Below are positions 13,982-26,449 of a stretch of DNA of 64,000 bases, in pieces. The notes below the pieces were generated by a model. The model worked only from the letters and a program-made list of their open reading frames with translations. It ran no database searches and had not been told where the DNA came from. Origin of the DNA: Takakia lepidozioides (lineage: Eukaryota; Plantae; Bryophyta); assembly GCA_030704615.1 (NCBI GenBank), contig CM060732.1, forward strand, positions 57,040,001-57,104,000. The letters are read 5' to 3'. Numbering within the stretch: position 1 is the stretch's first letter; every line of letters begins with the position of its first letter. Both the position numbers and the translations under genes were made by a program.

Positions 13982-14309
13982 GAGCGCCCATCAGTCCGAG
14001 ACTTGTCTTATCAAATGAAATGTCACACGATGGCTTCTCATGTGTGAATGCGGGATGAATCTCTTGTTTGGTGGGGCTGCTTTCCCTTCCAATGAGGGAA
14101 GAAACTGGAAGCATGCGAGGCATTGTGCGAGCCGTGCCTTGCCATGGGTGGAAGAATAGGGATCCCACTCTAAAGTTCCAAGCTTTTGAATGTATACTGT
14201 GCTGCTGATTGAGTGGTGCGAGACAGAGAGGGCATTGTGTGCAAACATTCATTGGTCGTAAATAAAGTGCAAGTAACAGGAGGGCCATGCCATATTTACA
14301 TAAATCTAA

Positions 14310-15560
14310 TTTCTTTAATTTTTTAATTTTTTATGTTTTTATTTTTTTAGAGAACAGGGACAAAGGCCCTGGAAATTTATTAAAGGATGGATGAAGGTAC
14401 AATGAAGTGGAAAAAATAACCACCCTTGGGCGTGAAGGCTTACTTGGGGGATACCACCCCGTAACCATAATCCGAGAGACCACAAGAAAGGAAAGAGAGA
14501 GATTTCATGAAAGAGCCAAATGCATCGCAGAGCCCAGAGAAAGCATATATGCGCAGATGGGCCGCGAGCCTGCTAACAAAAGCTAGGGCAGAAGCTGAAA
14601 GCGGATAGCAAGAGGCCAACCAACAACCAGAACTGCTCAGACAGAGAGCAGCCGAGCCTAAAAGCTGAAGCTAATCTTCCTACCTCCATAACTGCAGAGC
14701 CAAATAACAGTTGTGCCTGAAAACAACAGAGTCTAGAAACGACAGAACCCAATGGCGTGTCCAAGCAGAGCTGAATGCACTAAAGATGAATACGAAAACT
14801 TAAGGTGAGCCCTGGATTTAGAATCCCTAGTGCGCTTGTGCCTCCAGTTGAAGTCAAACTCTTCCCCATTAACCGGAGATTTCCCTTTGGGGGGGGGGGG
14901 AGGAGGTGTTTTTCCAGCGCATTGTTGTCTCAGACAGTCTGGTGCCGAGGAGGTCATTCTTGCACCAGGAGATATCAAACCTCTTGAGAAGCTTCGCCCT
15001 GCGCCGTTCTAAAGCTCGGGGAAGAGCTGCACACAAAGCCAGCCAGGCTTTCCTCCCCTCAGTTCTCAGGTCTATATAAACATTAAACAGAATGGACTTG
15101 AGACGGGGGGGATTTTCCTTGAAAAATCCAGGCACATCTGGCCTTCCAGATTGCCCACAAAGAATGAGCACGCAAACAACCCCACACCGGGCATTTAAGC
15201 ATACTCCCACCCTACCCATAATTAAGAAGAAAGAGGGGGGGAGGGGTAGGAGAAGGAAGAGATTCCCAGTTCGAATAGAAACGGATGACCGGGGACCAGG
15301 CTCTCTTTGCCAAAGGACAAGCCACCAGGCAGTGTTCCAGGGTTTCTTGGTTTCCTGAGCACAGGTCACAATCCACATTATCAGTTCCCCTAAACACCTT
15401 GACTGGGAGGATACGATGCGCAATTTTCCATAGAAAGGCAGAGAGCTTGGAAGCTCTATCTTTGCGCCAGATTTCCTTCCAAATCTGAGTCCATTTTACC
15501 TGCCCTCCCAGCGATAAGCTCTACTAACTCATCCACTTAGTGGAGAAAGACTAATTTCTT
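14310..15560 (-). mobile_element. 5'-truncated LINE remnant (zf-RVT region and 3' end with A-rich tail)
   Basis: The minus strand encodes LWKIAHRILP-like sequence and DCDLCSGNQETLEHCLVACPLAKRAWS (zf-RVT). The T-rich run at ~14310-14350 on + is an A-rich tail on -. Confidence 0.7.
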
Positions 15561-16559
15561 TTTTGGGCAAAAACGCCAAAATAGGCCTGGACATTTAGGG
15601 GTTAACCAACAAACGGCAGAACCGTCACTTCAGCAAATATAATAAGAAAGACCGGATGCGGACTCCGGAGGGGTCCGCGAAAGGCGGTGAGGAGATTGAG
15701 GGACTTAGGAAATATCCGCTCGTCTCCTCGACCTTCCTTTGCCGGGCATCTTCTATCTTGATCGCTATACTCCGTGCTCCCTGATCAATCATGACAAAGT
15801 GAGGGACGCCGCTCTAAACACGAATTGCCATCAAACAGGCCGTCTTGCAACCCAGCTCTCCTCAGTCCTCCTGCATGCAAGCGCCAGAGTGCGATCACTA
15901 CATCATCTCCCCCCCCCACAAAAAAAAAAAAATTCCTCCACTTCCCCCCTCGGTGATTGTGCTAGCAACTCCCGCACACCTGCATTCCTTTACGTGTTGC
16001 GCATTGTCGGCCACTGCAGGTTTCCGCAATGATCCAAGTGGGAGATCATCCTGTCTTATTCATCTAACTTGCCAACATTGTCTTAACAGGCATTTTCTCC
16101 ATGCAACTGGATGCACCCCTCTCCATTCCAAGCAGCTCCTAACTCCCTCTGACGCCCCTTTCTTTAGGGCTGAACATGGCAAGTTATTACGTCGTTGGTC
16201 GAGCTCCGCCATCACTCCAGCAGGGTAAGGGTAAGGATTGGCGCCGGTATTGGTTACGTTCTAAACCCTTCTCCTCATCCTTCCTCCCTCACTATGTGTT
16301 TATCCCTTCTCGTTTGTTTTCCTTGCTATGTCCCTACTGATAATGGCTTCAAGGGGAGGTTCAAAAGGAAGATGTGGTGGGATGGGGTTTGGAGGGAAAG
16401 GTGTGGCAATGAACTGACCCCCAAAAAATCAGCTGGAACAGATGGCTCAGTTGCCTTAATTCTGGGAAAAGGCCCGAGCCCCAAAGCCCTCCAACCCTCA
16501 CCCGTTTCCTCAGAAATGGTGTTTTGGTGGACTCCGCAACACCAGAGCTCAGCTCCCAG

Positions 16560-16790
16560 CCAATTTTGGCTTTGAATCGTGATAAGATGGTCTCACAATC
16601 TCAAAAATTTGCTCAACAAGGGATCCTACTCTACTTCCCCGGCAAACCCAGAAATAAGATTTGGGTAAGGCGTTGGGTTGTAGAGCACCCAGGCTCGGAA
16701 TGGGGATTAACTCAACACTTTTGCCTGACAATGAGAAGGGGCTTCTGTGCTATTCTATTTTGCTCGCAGGAAGATGCAGACAAAACACTT
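16560..16790 (+). mobile_element. LINE ORF1 (DUF4283-like RRM) fragment, interrupted at 16791 by a DNMT-family element
   Basis: KFAQQGILLYFPGKP..WVRRWV..WGL..MRRGFCAILFCSQEDADKTL resembles the DUF4283 G.F.v.F...eD pattern. Confidence 0.5.
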
Positions 16791-18006
16791 TGTCGTGCAC
16801 CTAAGCATTGTGCCACAACATATATCGCTGTCCATCACACATTCTAAGCATATAATCCTAGAAAGGTATGCTACAATGATAATGGAAGTGAACACACAAT
16901 GGAAACACTCCACTCATGAATCCACTCAATCACATAAAGTAAGTCAAGCCAAGGGCACCTTTGCTAAAGGAATCCACCCTTCAAAGCCCTCACCACACTC
17001 CCTCTCAATATCTAGAGCTATGGAGGTGGGAAAGGCTCATGGAGGCTCAACTACAAGAAGATGAGTCCTCCTCAACCCTCACAAGGGGAAAACCCATCCC
17101 CATGTCCCAAGTGAGGCTTGATACCTCACTTGGCATATGAGACCAAATGAAGTCTCAACACACAAAATATAAATATAAATATCTAAAATGTCCTAGTTAT
17201 AAACTAGAAGTAGGTAATTCTAGTTAACCATGATTAAAACCATGACAGCTGTCGTGCACCTAAGCTTCGTGCCACAACATACATCGCTGTCCATTACACA
17301 TTCTAAGCATACAATCCTAGAAAGTTATGCCACAATCGCCCCCCTAGCTGGTGATTAGGTCCCTCTAACACCGGATAGCCGGCAAGTATCCATCTCAATA
17401 AGATCATCGCTTGGTCTTCAATCGCACAAGTCCCAACATCTAAAGTCAATAGATCAAGAGGTCGGGTGCAAAAGTAGCCCCATCATTAGTCGCCTTCTTG
17501 CAATCCATGATCTTCAGTTGAGTATCCATGGCATTGAAGCCCCACTAGCTAGACCTTGGATCACTTGTCAGCCTCACCATTGCCATGCCCACTACCTCTG
17601 TCCAAGGCATCGTGGACACAATCACTCTCCGCTAGGAACCTCCTCAAGTGGCGGTGTTAAACATCCCATGTGCCACCCCCTTGAGCATTTGTCACACACC
17701 AACATGGTTGCGGCACCACCAGCATGCAACGCAACCCTGCAAGTACCAACGCAAGGTTAGGATCTATCCTCCCATCCACATGTGGGAGGTGACATAGCGC
17801 ACAATTGCGCACATAATCCTTCCTACCATGCCATCTCGACCTTCCAGAATCAACACTCCTGAAGGCAACACCTCCCTGACCCTTAGAATCACACGTCCTG
17901 CTGTGACATCCAAGGTCGTAGACGCTGTCTGCTGCAGATACACATAGTCCCCAAGGTTGAATCTCCGAACACCCGGTCGATATCCGCCTCCATGTATGGT
18001 GACATA
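16791..18006 (-). mobile_element. DNMT-Gypsy family copy 0, 3' part: integrase C-terminus, PHD finger, 3'UTR, PPT and A-B-A terminal repeats; continues at 35772-36480
   Basis: The minus strand encodes TIHGGGYRPGVRRFNLGDYVYLQQ and VCDKCSRGWHMGCLTPPLEEVP. Repeats: A 17250-17334, B 16877-17247, A 16791-16875. Sequence is homologous to 34060-34550 and 35062-35767. Confidence 0.9.
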
Positions 18007-18282
18007 TGTCATGGTTTTGTTTGTGATTAGTTAGAAATAGTTATTTCTAGCTAATTAGGACATTATACATTTATATTTGGCATTGGGACTTCATTTGGTT
18101 CCATGTGCCAAGTGAGGTAGCGAACCTCATTTGGGACGTGGAGAGGTTATCTCCACATGAGACGTAGGCAAGCTCGTCTTCTTCTAGTCAAGCCTCCCGA
18201 GGCCTCTCTCGCCACTATAGCTCTAGTACTTGAGATGGAGAGTAGGTGAGGTCTGTATGGTGGAGTTATTTAGCAAAGGTGT
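18007..18282 (+). repeat. Terminal repeat B1, first part (rest at 25667-25728)
   Basis: About 95% identical by eye to B2 (35330-35681); split by the nested chromovirus. Confidence 0.9.
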
Positions 18283-19190
18283 TGTCACGGACATAGCCCA
18301 GAGGAACTTACCAGGAGTAAATATCAGAAGTTACCATGACTTACCGTGATTTACCATGATTTACCGTGATTTACCATTACTTATCATGTTACCGGGAGTT
18401 TACCAAATTACCAAGAGTAACTTGGAAAAATTGCTCAGGAAGCTTCTTTTGGAAGAAACTTCTCCATCAAGATACCTCCTTTGTTTAAGGAAGCTTCTCC
18501 ATCAAGAAACCTTTGTTTAAGGAAACTTCTCCATCAAAAAATCTTTGTTTAACCCTGGAAAATTCTCCATCAAGAAACCTCATTTGGGGAAGCCTCTTAG
18601 GGAACCTCCTAGTAGCCAGTATATATAGGAGGCGAGACTGGATACTCTTCAGTCTCGCCAACACCAGTTCAAGCTACTCTTGTTTCTAGTTCCCAGTACT
18701 CTAGCCAGTTTCCAGTATCTGGTACTCCAGTCCAGTTTCCAGCATTCCAGTATTCAAGTCATGTTCCAATATCTTGTACTCTTGTTTATTGTTATAAAGA
18801 TCGTATTGATTCATATTTACTCATTATGCATACGGCCACGCCAACCTTGACTTCTTGTCTAGTCTTGTACCTCTAGTCTGATATCTTGTTTGTGTTCAGT
18901 CATGTTCTTGTCCTTGACAATAGCTACTCTTGTTTCCAGTTCCCAGTACTCCAGTCTAGTTCCCAGTACTCTAGCCCAGTTTCCAGTATCTGGTACTCCA
19001 GTCCAGTTTCCAGCATTACAGTATTCAAGTCATGTTCCAATATCTTGTACTCTTGTTCATTGTTATAAAGATCGTCTTGATTCATATTTACTCATCGTGC
19101 ATACGGCCATGCCGACCTTGACTTCTTGTCTAGTCTTGTACCACTAGTCTGATCTCTTGTTTATGTTCAGTCACGTTCTTGTCCTTGACA
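18283..19190 (+). repeat. 5' LTR of chromovirus (908 bp)
   Basis: TGTCACGG...CTTGACA. Contains TTACC repeats, a TATA box at 18620-18627 and a tandemly duplicated ~250-270 bp U5-like unit. Confidence 0.9.
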
Positions 19191-19192
19191 GT

Positions 19193-19203
19193 TTGGCGAG
19201 ACT
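19193..19203 (+). promoter_or_regulatory. Self-priming primer-binding site (TTGGCGAGACT)
   Basis: Exact reverse complement of AGTCTCGCCAA at 18651-18661, about 31 nt downstream of the LTR TATA box. Confidence 0.75.
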
Positions 19204-19228
19204 AAAGTTTGTTCCTTAGTTAGTTAAG

Positions 19229-22200
19229 ATGAAAGACACATTTGCGGAAATGGTCGCCACATCGCAGAGTCTTCAGCTCCAGATGCAAGAACTTCGTGCC
19301 TCTACTACCCAACTACAAGTTGATCAGTCTCAAGATCTTGGCAATGCTCTCAACAATTTGCAACAACAAATTTCAGAGTTGAAAAGTCGAATAATGGATC
19401 TTTAACCTTACGAGTCTCTACTACAACAAATCCTACTGCAACGGTTCCTCCAAATCTTCAATAGATTACAAAGGAACCAAAGGTCAGCATGCCCGAAAAA
19501 TTTGATGGGACGAGATCAAGATTTCGCGGTTTTGTTCAACAAGTACGGTTGTTCCTATGACTACATCCACAACGCTACCCCGATGAAGGTATTCAAGTGG
19601 GATTCGTGGGCACCCTTCTATCAGGTACTGTCCTATCTTGGTTTGCACCGCTATTAGAGAAAAATTCGCATTTACTATACAATTTTGAAGCGTTAATGTC
19701 CGAGTTCACTGTAACGTTTGGAGAGAATGATAGAGAGAGAGTTGCAGAGACAAAGATGTGAAATCTTCGACAAGGAGCACGTTCAGCTTCCGTTTATGCT
19801 GCCGAATTTTGAAAACTTGCGTGCGACCTCGACTGGAATGAGAAGAGTCTCATTAGTCAGTTTCGATATTGCCTTAAAGAGGATGTAAAAGATTTGGTGC
19901 TGACAATGTCAAACGTGAGTACACTGAGCGAATTCATCACCCAAATCATTGCATACGATAATCGTTTGTTCGAAAGACATCAAGAGAAGCGATCTGGATG
20001 GTCGACGACGCACCATGCCGCTGCTACCACGGCACCAAACACAACGATCCATCAGACATCCGGTAATGATCCTATGCAGATTGATGCTGTCTGATTCAAG
20101 CCATTGACGCCACAAGAAAAACAAAGACGGCGCTCAAATGGATTATATCCTTATTGCGGAGGAGATGATCACATAGCATTAAACTGCCCCAACAAGAAAA
20201 GATTCAAAGCTCGGGGCACAACTCCAGTGTCCGATACGAGGAGGTCGGAAAATGAAGATGTCCAGTCACAGTGTGGACCATGCGGCTGGACGCCCCAAAT
20301 TCCTCACCAAAAAAAAATCTCTTTCTACCTCCAGACCCTATACCTTATTTCACAGTTCCAGTAAAGATCAGGATGCAAAATCGAGATATCTCTGTAGAAA
20401 CACTTTTGGACTCAGGCGCTTCAACATGTTTTATTGACAAAGACTTTGCGAAGCAACACAATTTAACGCTCGTAAGAAAGAAATTCTCGGCCCCTGTTGA
20501 AGTCATCGATGGACGACCGTTAGCGTCAGGAAATATTGACCATGAAACTTGACCCCTTAAAGTGAAGCTTAAAAATCAAGCATTACAGATTGTTTTCAAT
20601 GTCATCCAATCTCCAACGAATCCTATGATCCTTGGACTTCCCTGGTTTGTACTTCATAATCCTGACATCGACTGGCGATCACGAAAAATTCTGGCAAGAC
20701 AAAAATGCAAAAGTACCAAAGGTATTCAATCCCTGTTTCTTAGAGCTGGAGCCTTCATGAGAGCTACGAAGAAAGACGCGACATTTGCACTTTATGCGAC
20801 TCCGATCAAAACCACAACAGACCAAGGTACTTCGACATTACCCACTTAATATCAAGATTTCAAGGATGTCTTCGAGAAGAAAAATGCAGACATGTTGCCA
20901 GAACATCGACCTTATGGATTGTGCAATTGAGTTGCAAAAATGAGCTCAACCACCATTCGGCCCGATCTACAATTTATCTCAGACGGAGCTGGCTGCTTTA
21001 TGCAAATATATTGATGAAAATTTGTCAAAGAATTTCATTCGACATTCGAAATCACCCGCGGGAGCACCTACCTTATTTGTGAAGAAGAAGGACGGATCGT
21101 TACGCATGTGTGTGGACTATCGTGGGCTCAACATAGTCACCCTAAAAAATCGTTACCCACTACCGCTGATTTCTGGACTCCTCAAACAACTTGGACGAGC
21201 AAATTTTTCACAAAGATCGACTTGAGAGGAGCTTACAACCTTGTTACGAATAAAAGAAGGAGACGAATAGAAGACTGTTTTTCACACAAGGTACGGACAT
21301 TTCGAATACAGTGTTATGCCTTTCGGTCTTACAAATGCTCCAGCAATTTTTCAACACATGATGAATGACATCTTTCGAGAATTTTTAGATGACTTTGTAG
21401 TCATCTATTTGGACGACATTTTGATATTTTCACAGAATGAAGAAGAACATGGTCGCCATGTACGCCTTGTCCTTGATAAATTGAGAGAAAAAAGACTATA
21501 CGCCAAGTTGGAAAAATGTCTTTTTCCACCGTCAAATTTTTGGGCTACATTATTTCCGACAAATGAGTCTTTATGGATCAAAAGAAAATACAAACCATCA
21601 TCAAGTGGATTAAACCAACTTCGGTCCGAGATGTACAATATTCAAATTTGTATAGAATCTTCATGATGATGGAGCCAGAAGGAAGACATAACAAAATACA
21701 TAGGGAAGTATGACTTACAAATCAACGCATTTTTTAGAGGAAGTCATCTCCGGTAGAGTACAACTACGCCAAAGAGCATGGTTGACAATCCCTCATGAAG
21801 AACATGGCCAACACGGAGGGGATAAGTGCACTATAGGGCACTAGTATGGATGAGGGCGGGGGTCATGGCGAGGGATTGGATGAGAACTCTGTGGGACTTA
21901 GGGGAACGCCGCCTCCTTTAGGTGCTCTGGCAAAGGGCGCGGAGTCATCAGGCTCATCGGATAGCTCTGAGTCCTCCACTGAGGATGAGGATGAGGATGA
22001 CTAGTCCTAGTCCATGTAGGTCCTAGGGTCAGCCTACTGAACCCTTGTGAGCTTTTCAGCTCATTTCTTGTAAATATATTTCCATCTTTCCATCTTCCAT
22101 CTTATTCATGTGTCGCACCATCCTCACCCTCGATTCATGCTTACTCAATTGTGTACCTGCTAAATAAGGAAAATAGAAGCTATAAGGTCTCCCATCCCCC

Positions 22201-24310
22201 AAAACAAAACCAAGCCAAAAACAAAAACCACCCCCAATTCACCCCCAAAATCAATGCCCAACCCCCCCCCCCCCCCCACCAAGCTGGCCTCGTGACTGCA
22301 GGGTATTGGAATTGACGACGTGTTTTTTTTACGAGGGTCACAAGTATTTGAAAGGCTGAAGCAAGCATTTACAACGGCTTCAATACTGATACATGTAAAC
22401 CCATCTAAACCATTCTTGTTGGAAGCAGATGCATCGGACTTTGCACTTGTCGCGGTACTCTCTTAATATGGTATAGATGGCCGACTCCACCTTATTGGTT
22501 TTCGTTCTCGCAAATTTTCCGTTGCGGAGATCAATTATGAAATCCATGACAAAGAACTTCTAGCGATTATCGATGATTTTGAAGAGTGGCGTCATCTTTT
22601 GGAGGGAGCTAAACATCAGGTCACTGTCTATACCGATCACAAAAACCTCGAGTATTTTATGAGTGCTCGTGTTTTGAATCGACGACAAGCGAGATGAAGT
22701 ATGTCACTAGCAAGGTTTGATTTTGTTATTACCTACCGTTCCGGATATCTTCAAGGAAAACCAGATGCTCTTTCTCGACGATCGTATCTTGCGCCAAAAG
22801 AAAGGGATGCAGCTTTTGACCAACAGAAATCCATCATCTTGAAATCAGCAAATCTCCAATTGAATATGTTATCCATCGTCACCTATGACGATGTAGAGAT
22901 CATAAAGGAGATTCAGGAAGCACTGAAGAGTGATCAATTTGCTACGACACTACGAAGTCAACTAAATCGACCTCGAGACAACCCACATGTTACAAACGAC
23001 TTCGAATTCAAAGATGGCTTACTTTATTTCTAGGGACTTCTCTAGGTACGTCCAGGACCTACACGACTTCAAATTCTTCAAACATGTCATGATCTTCCGG
23101 CTGCAGGATATTTCGGCTTCAACAAACAATGGAATTGATATCCAGGGACCATTGGTGGCCGCAGATGTGGAAACTCGTGAAAGAATTTATAAAATCTTGC
23201 AACACGTGTGCTAGAGCGAAGGGACCACGACATCAACCTTACGGCCTTCTTCAACCATTACCCATTCCCAAGGGCCCATGGTCATCCGTGTCTATGGACT
23301 TTATTACAGATCTTCCAATTTCCAAGACCACTGATTCAATCCTTGTTATTGTAGATCATTTTCCAAAGATGACACATTTCATTCCATGTAATATGACGGT
23401 TACCTATGATGTAATATCTACCGCATTCATGGACTCCCGAAGGACATCGTATCTGATCGAGGACTACAGTTCATATCAAATTTCTGGAGGGGATTATTTC
23501 ACATATTGGATACTAAGATCAACCTCTCTACAGCTAATCATCCACAGACTGATGGTCAAACCGAACGTGTAAACCAGATTTTGGAGCATTATCTTTGTTG
23601 TACAATAAATTATCACCAAGATAATTGGACGGACCTTCTATCATTGGCTGAGTTTGCCTACAACAACACTGTAAATTCTTCGACCAAGCAAACTCCATTT
23701 TTCTCCAATTATGGTCATCATCCTTGAGCAAACCTTTTCCACATGAAGACTGTTGGAAGCCCTGCTGCAGAAAACCTTGCTTCTTGCTATGATTCACAAA
23801 GAGCTTATATTTCACCTCGTAGAAGCTCAAAAACAATACAAGGAGTATGCAGATCAACGCACCAACTCCAACCCCAGTTCAAGGTCGGAGATCGTGTGTG
23901 GCTTCTTCGACGGGACATACAAACCTCACGACCATCAAGGAAGTTGGATTATCAACGCCTGGGACCATTCAAAATTATTCGATAAATAAATCCGGTCAGT
24001 TTTCGACTTGAACTCCCACGAAGTATGCGCATCCATCCAGTCTTTCATGTTTCATTATTGGAGTTGTATTATCCATCAAATATTCTAGGGAGAGTCTCCG
24101 TACCACCTCCACCAATCGAAGTTAATCAGGAAATTGAGTATGAAGTCGACAAAGTCTTAGACTCTCGTATCAAGTATAAACGTCTTGAGTATTTCGTACA
24201 TTGGAAAGGCTACGACATCAACGAACGAACGTGGGAAACCTTCATCCAACCTCGCCAATACATCTGACAAAGTCCAAGAGTTTCATCAACGATATCCAGC
24301 TAAGCCCCGA
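19229..24310 (+). pseudogene. Chromovirus gag-pol (gag, PR, RT, RH, INT, chromodomain) with many stops and frameshifts
   Basis: ORF fragments 19894-24267 carry the domain motifs listed for the element. An unrelated insertion sits at ~21640-22300. Confidence 0.9.
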
Positions 24311-24928
24311 GCTTCACGTCAATAAGATGTCACAACGATGATGTCAGCCAAGTTAGCTTCAAGGTGAAGACTCCACATTCAATGTATCTGATACACACTA
24401 AGGATGGAGGAGCAGCACACATCAGTATATATAGTTACACTTCCAGTACTCTTGCATCTTGTATTGGCAACATGGAGTCATAGGAACCAGATACATTGGA
24501 GCTGTCGCTTATCCAACTACCAGATCAGCCGTTCCGACTCTCACGACCTTCAACATCACGCCGACGCTCTTGAGACGATGGGCCACCAATGCGACGCGTA
24601 CTTCCTCGTTTGGACCCCGTACAACGACAAGTGGAGCCTACTCGAAGTCTAATAATTCTGTTGGAAGTTGAGGCTTCGGACCCAGAGGGCAACGAAATCA
24701 TGTTTGAAGGCAGCTTCGAAAATCAAAATGCTCAAATCTCTGCGTGGTCCAAAGTTCAAGGTGTTGGACACTATCGATGGTTGCAAGGACCTATAAATCA
24801 TTTGAGTCAAGAACGAACAGCCGAATACTTGGCTAGTACCATTCGCCAGATTTTGGATTTTCTCCAACTCTAAGCAAGTCCAAGATTTTACCGCTCCTCG
24901 AGGAACTCGGCGCTAGAGGAGGGGGCGA

Positions 24929-25661
24929 TGTCACGGACATAGCCCAGAATAACTTACCAGGAGTAAATACCAGAAGTTACCAAGTTACCATGTTACCGGA
25001 AGTTACCATGACTTACCGTGATTTACCATGATCTACCATGATTTACCATTACTTACCATGTTACCGGGAGTTTACCAAATTACCAAAAATAACTTAGGAA
25101 AGTAGCCAGTATATATAGGAGGCGAGATTGGACACTCTTCAGTTTCGCCAACACCAGTTCAAGCTACTCTTGTTTCCAGTTCCCAGTACTCTAGCCCAGT
25201 TTCCAGTATCTAGTACTCCAGTCCAGTTTCCAGCATTCCAATATTCAAGTCATGTTCCAATATCTTGTACTCTTGTTTATTGTTATAAAGATCGTCTTGA
25301 TTCTTATTTACTTATCGTGCATACGGCCACGCCGACCTTGACTTCTTGTCTAGTCTTGTACCTCTAGTCTGATATCTTGTTTGTGTTCAGTTATGTTCTT
25401 GTCCTTGACAATAGCTACTTTTGTTTCCAGTTCCCAGTACTCTAGCCCAGTTTCCAGTATCTGGTACTCCATTCCAGTTTCCAGCATTCAAGTATTCAAG
25501 TCATGTTCCAATATCTTGTACTCTTGTTCATTGTTATAAAGATCGTCTTGATTCCTACTTACTCATCGTGCATACGGCCACGCCGACCTTGACTTCTTGT
25601 CTAGTCTTGTACCTCTAGTCTGATCTCTTGTTTGTGTTCAGTCATGTTCTTGTCCTTGACA
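24929..25661 (+). repeat. 3' LTR of chromovirus (733 bp)
   Basis: Follows PPT AGAGGAGGGGG. Matches the 5' LTR except that it lacks a ~185-bp U3 block. Confidence 0.9.
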
Positions 25662-26449
25662 GGTGCCATTAGCTTGAGTTATATAACGTGATAGAGTGGT
25701 TTCTCCTCTTTTCACCATTTCCATATCACTAGAAGAAGACCTGCTTACATCGATGAGTGCAAGGTGTTAGCATAGTTAGCACTTGTGTGGATGAGAGCTT
25801 GGTAGATAGCTCTTAAGTTACAAGGTGTTGTAGGGTTTGCAAGAGGAAAGCCTTGTGGTGTTTATTTACAAGATGAGGTCTTCAAGGAGAGCCCCATTGA
25901 AAAGTTTGTCTTGTGAAGAAGCTCTTGTTCTGCAAGCGTTGCAAGGTTTGAGGAGTTCAAGAAGAGCTCGGGTGTTAAGGGAGCAAGCGGTGCATGTGTG
26001 GAGCATGGTTTCAGCTTGTGGGAGTCTTCAACTTCAAGCTTAGGAGAGCTATGAGTGCAGGTAGACATCTGATTTCTCTTTGGGGCAGTATTTGTAGAAC
26101 ATGCTTTGAGTTGGGGTTTCAATCCCAAGCTTGGGAAGAGCATGTCTATGGAAGTGGCAAGTGCAGGGCTGGATTAGGAGCTCTAAGAGGTGCACTATGG
26201 CTATAGAAGGAAGCACTATGAGTGCATGTGATGGCTAGAAGAGGGTATGCCATAGAAAGCTCAACAGCTTGTTCTATGCTTGTTTCAATAAGTTCCATAG
26301 AGAAAGAGAGCTTGTTGTGTGGCAAATAGCTTGCTCAGGGAGTTAGAGGCACTCTTGGTGGTCTATTGATGTTCAAGAAACCAAGAACAACACCTCTGGT
26401 TACTCCATAGAAGCCATAGCTCGTTGCAGCAATCGCAGAGGCGCAAACC

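Larger units (their letters stand above)
18283..25661 (+). mobile_element. Ty3/Gypsy chromovirus (Tcn1/Tf1-sushi type), full-length but degenerate, 5-bp TSD GGTGT/GGTGC
   Basis: LTRs TG..CA at 18283-19190 and 24929-25661. Gag PEKFDG and CGGDDHIALNCP; protease LLDSGA; [29 protein letters not shown]; RNaseH EADASDFA; integrase [22 protein letters not shown]; chromodomain YEVDKVLDSR..YFVHWKGY..TWE. PPT at ~24915-24926. Confidence 0.93.

Noticed and set aside
16791-17334. A-B-A block as a separate TRIM/solo-LTR or a CRISPR-like repeat-spacer-repeat
   Set aside because: It recurs at the same place after the PPT in two diverged copies, B matches the element's 5' end, and the TSD lies outside A2. 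It is the element's own terminus.
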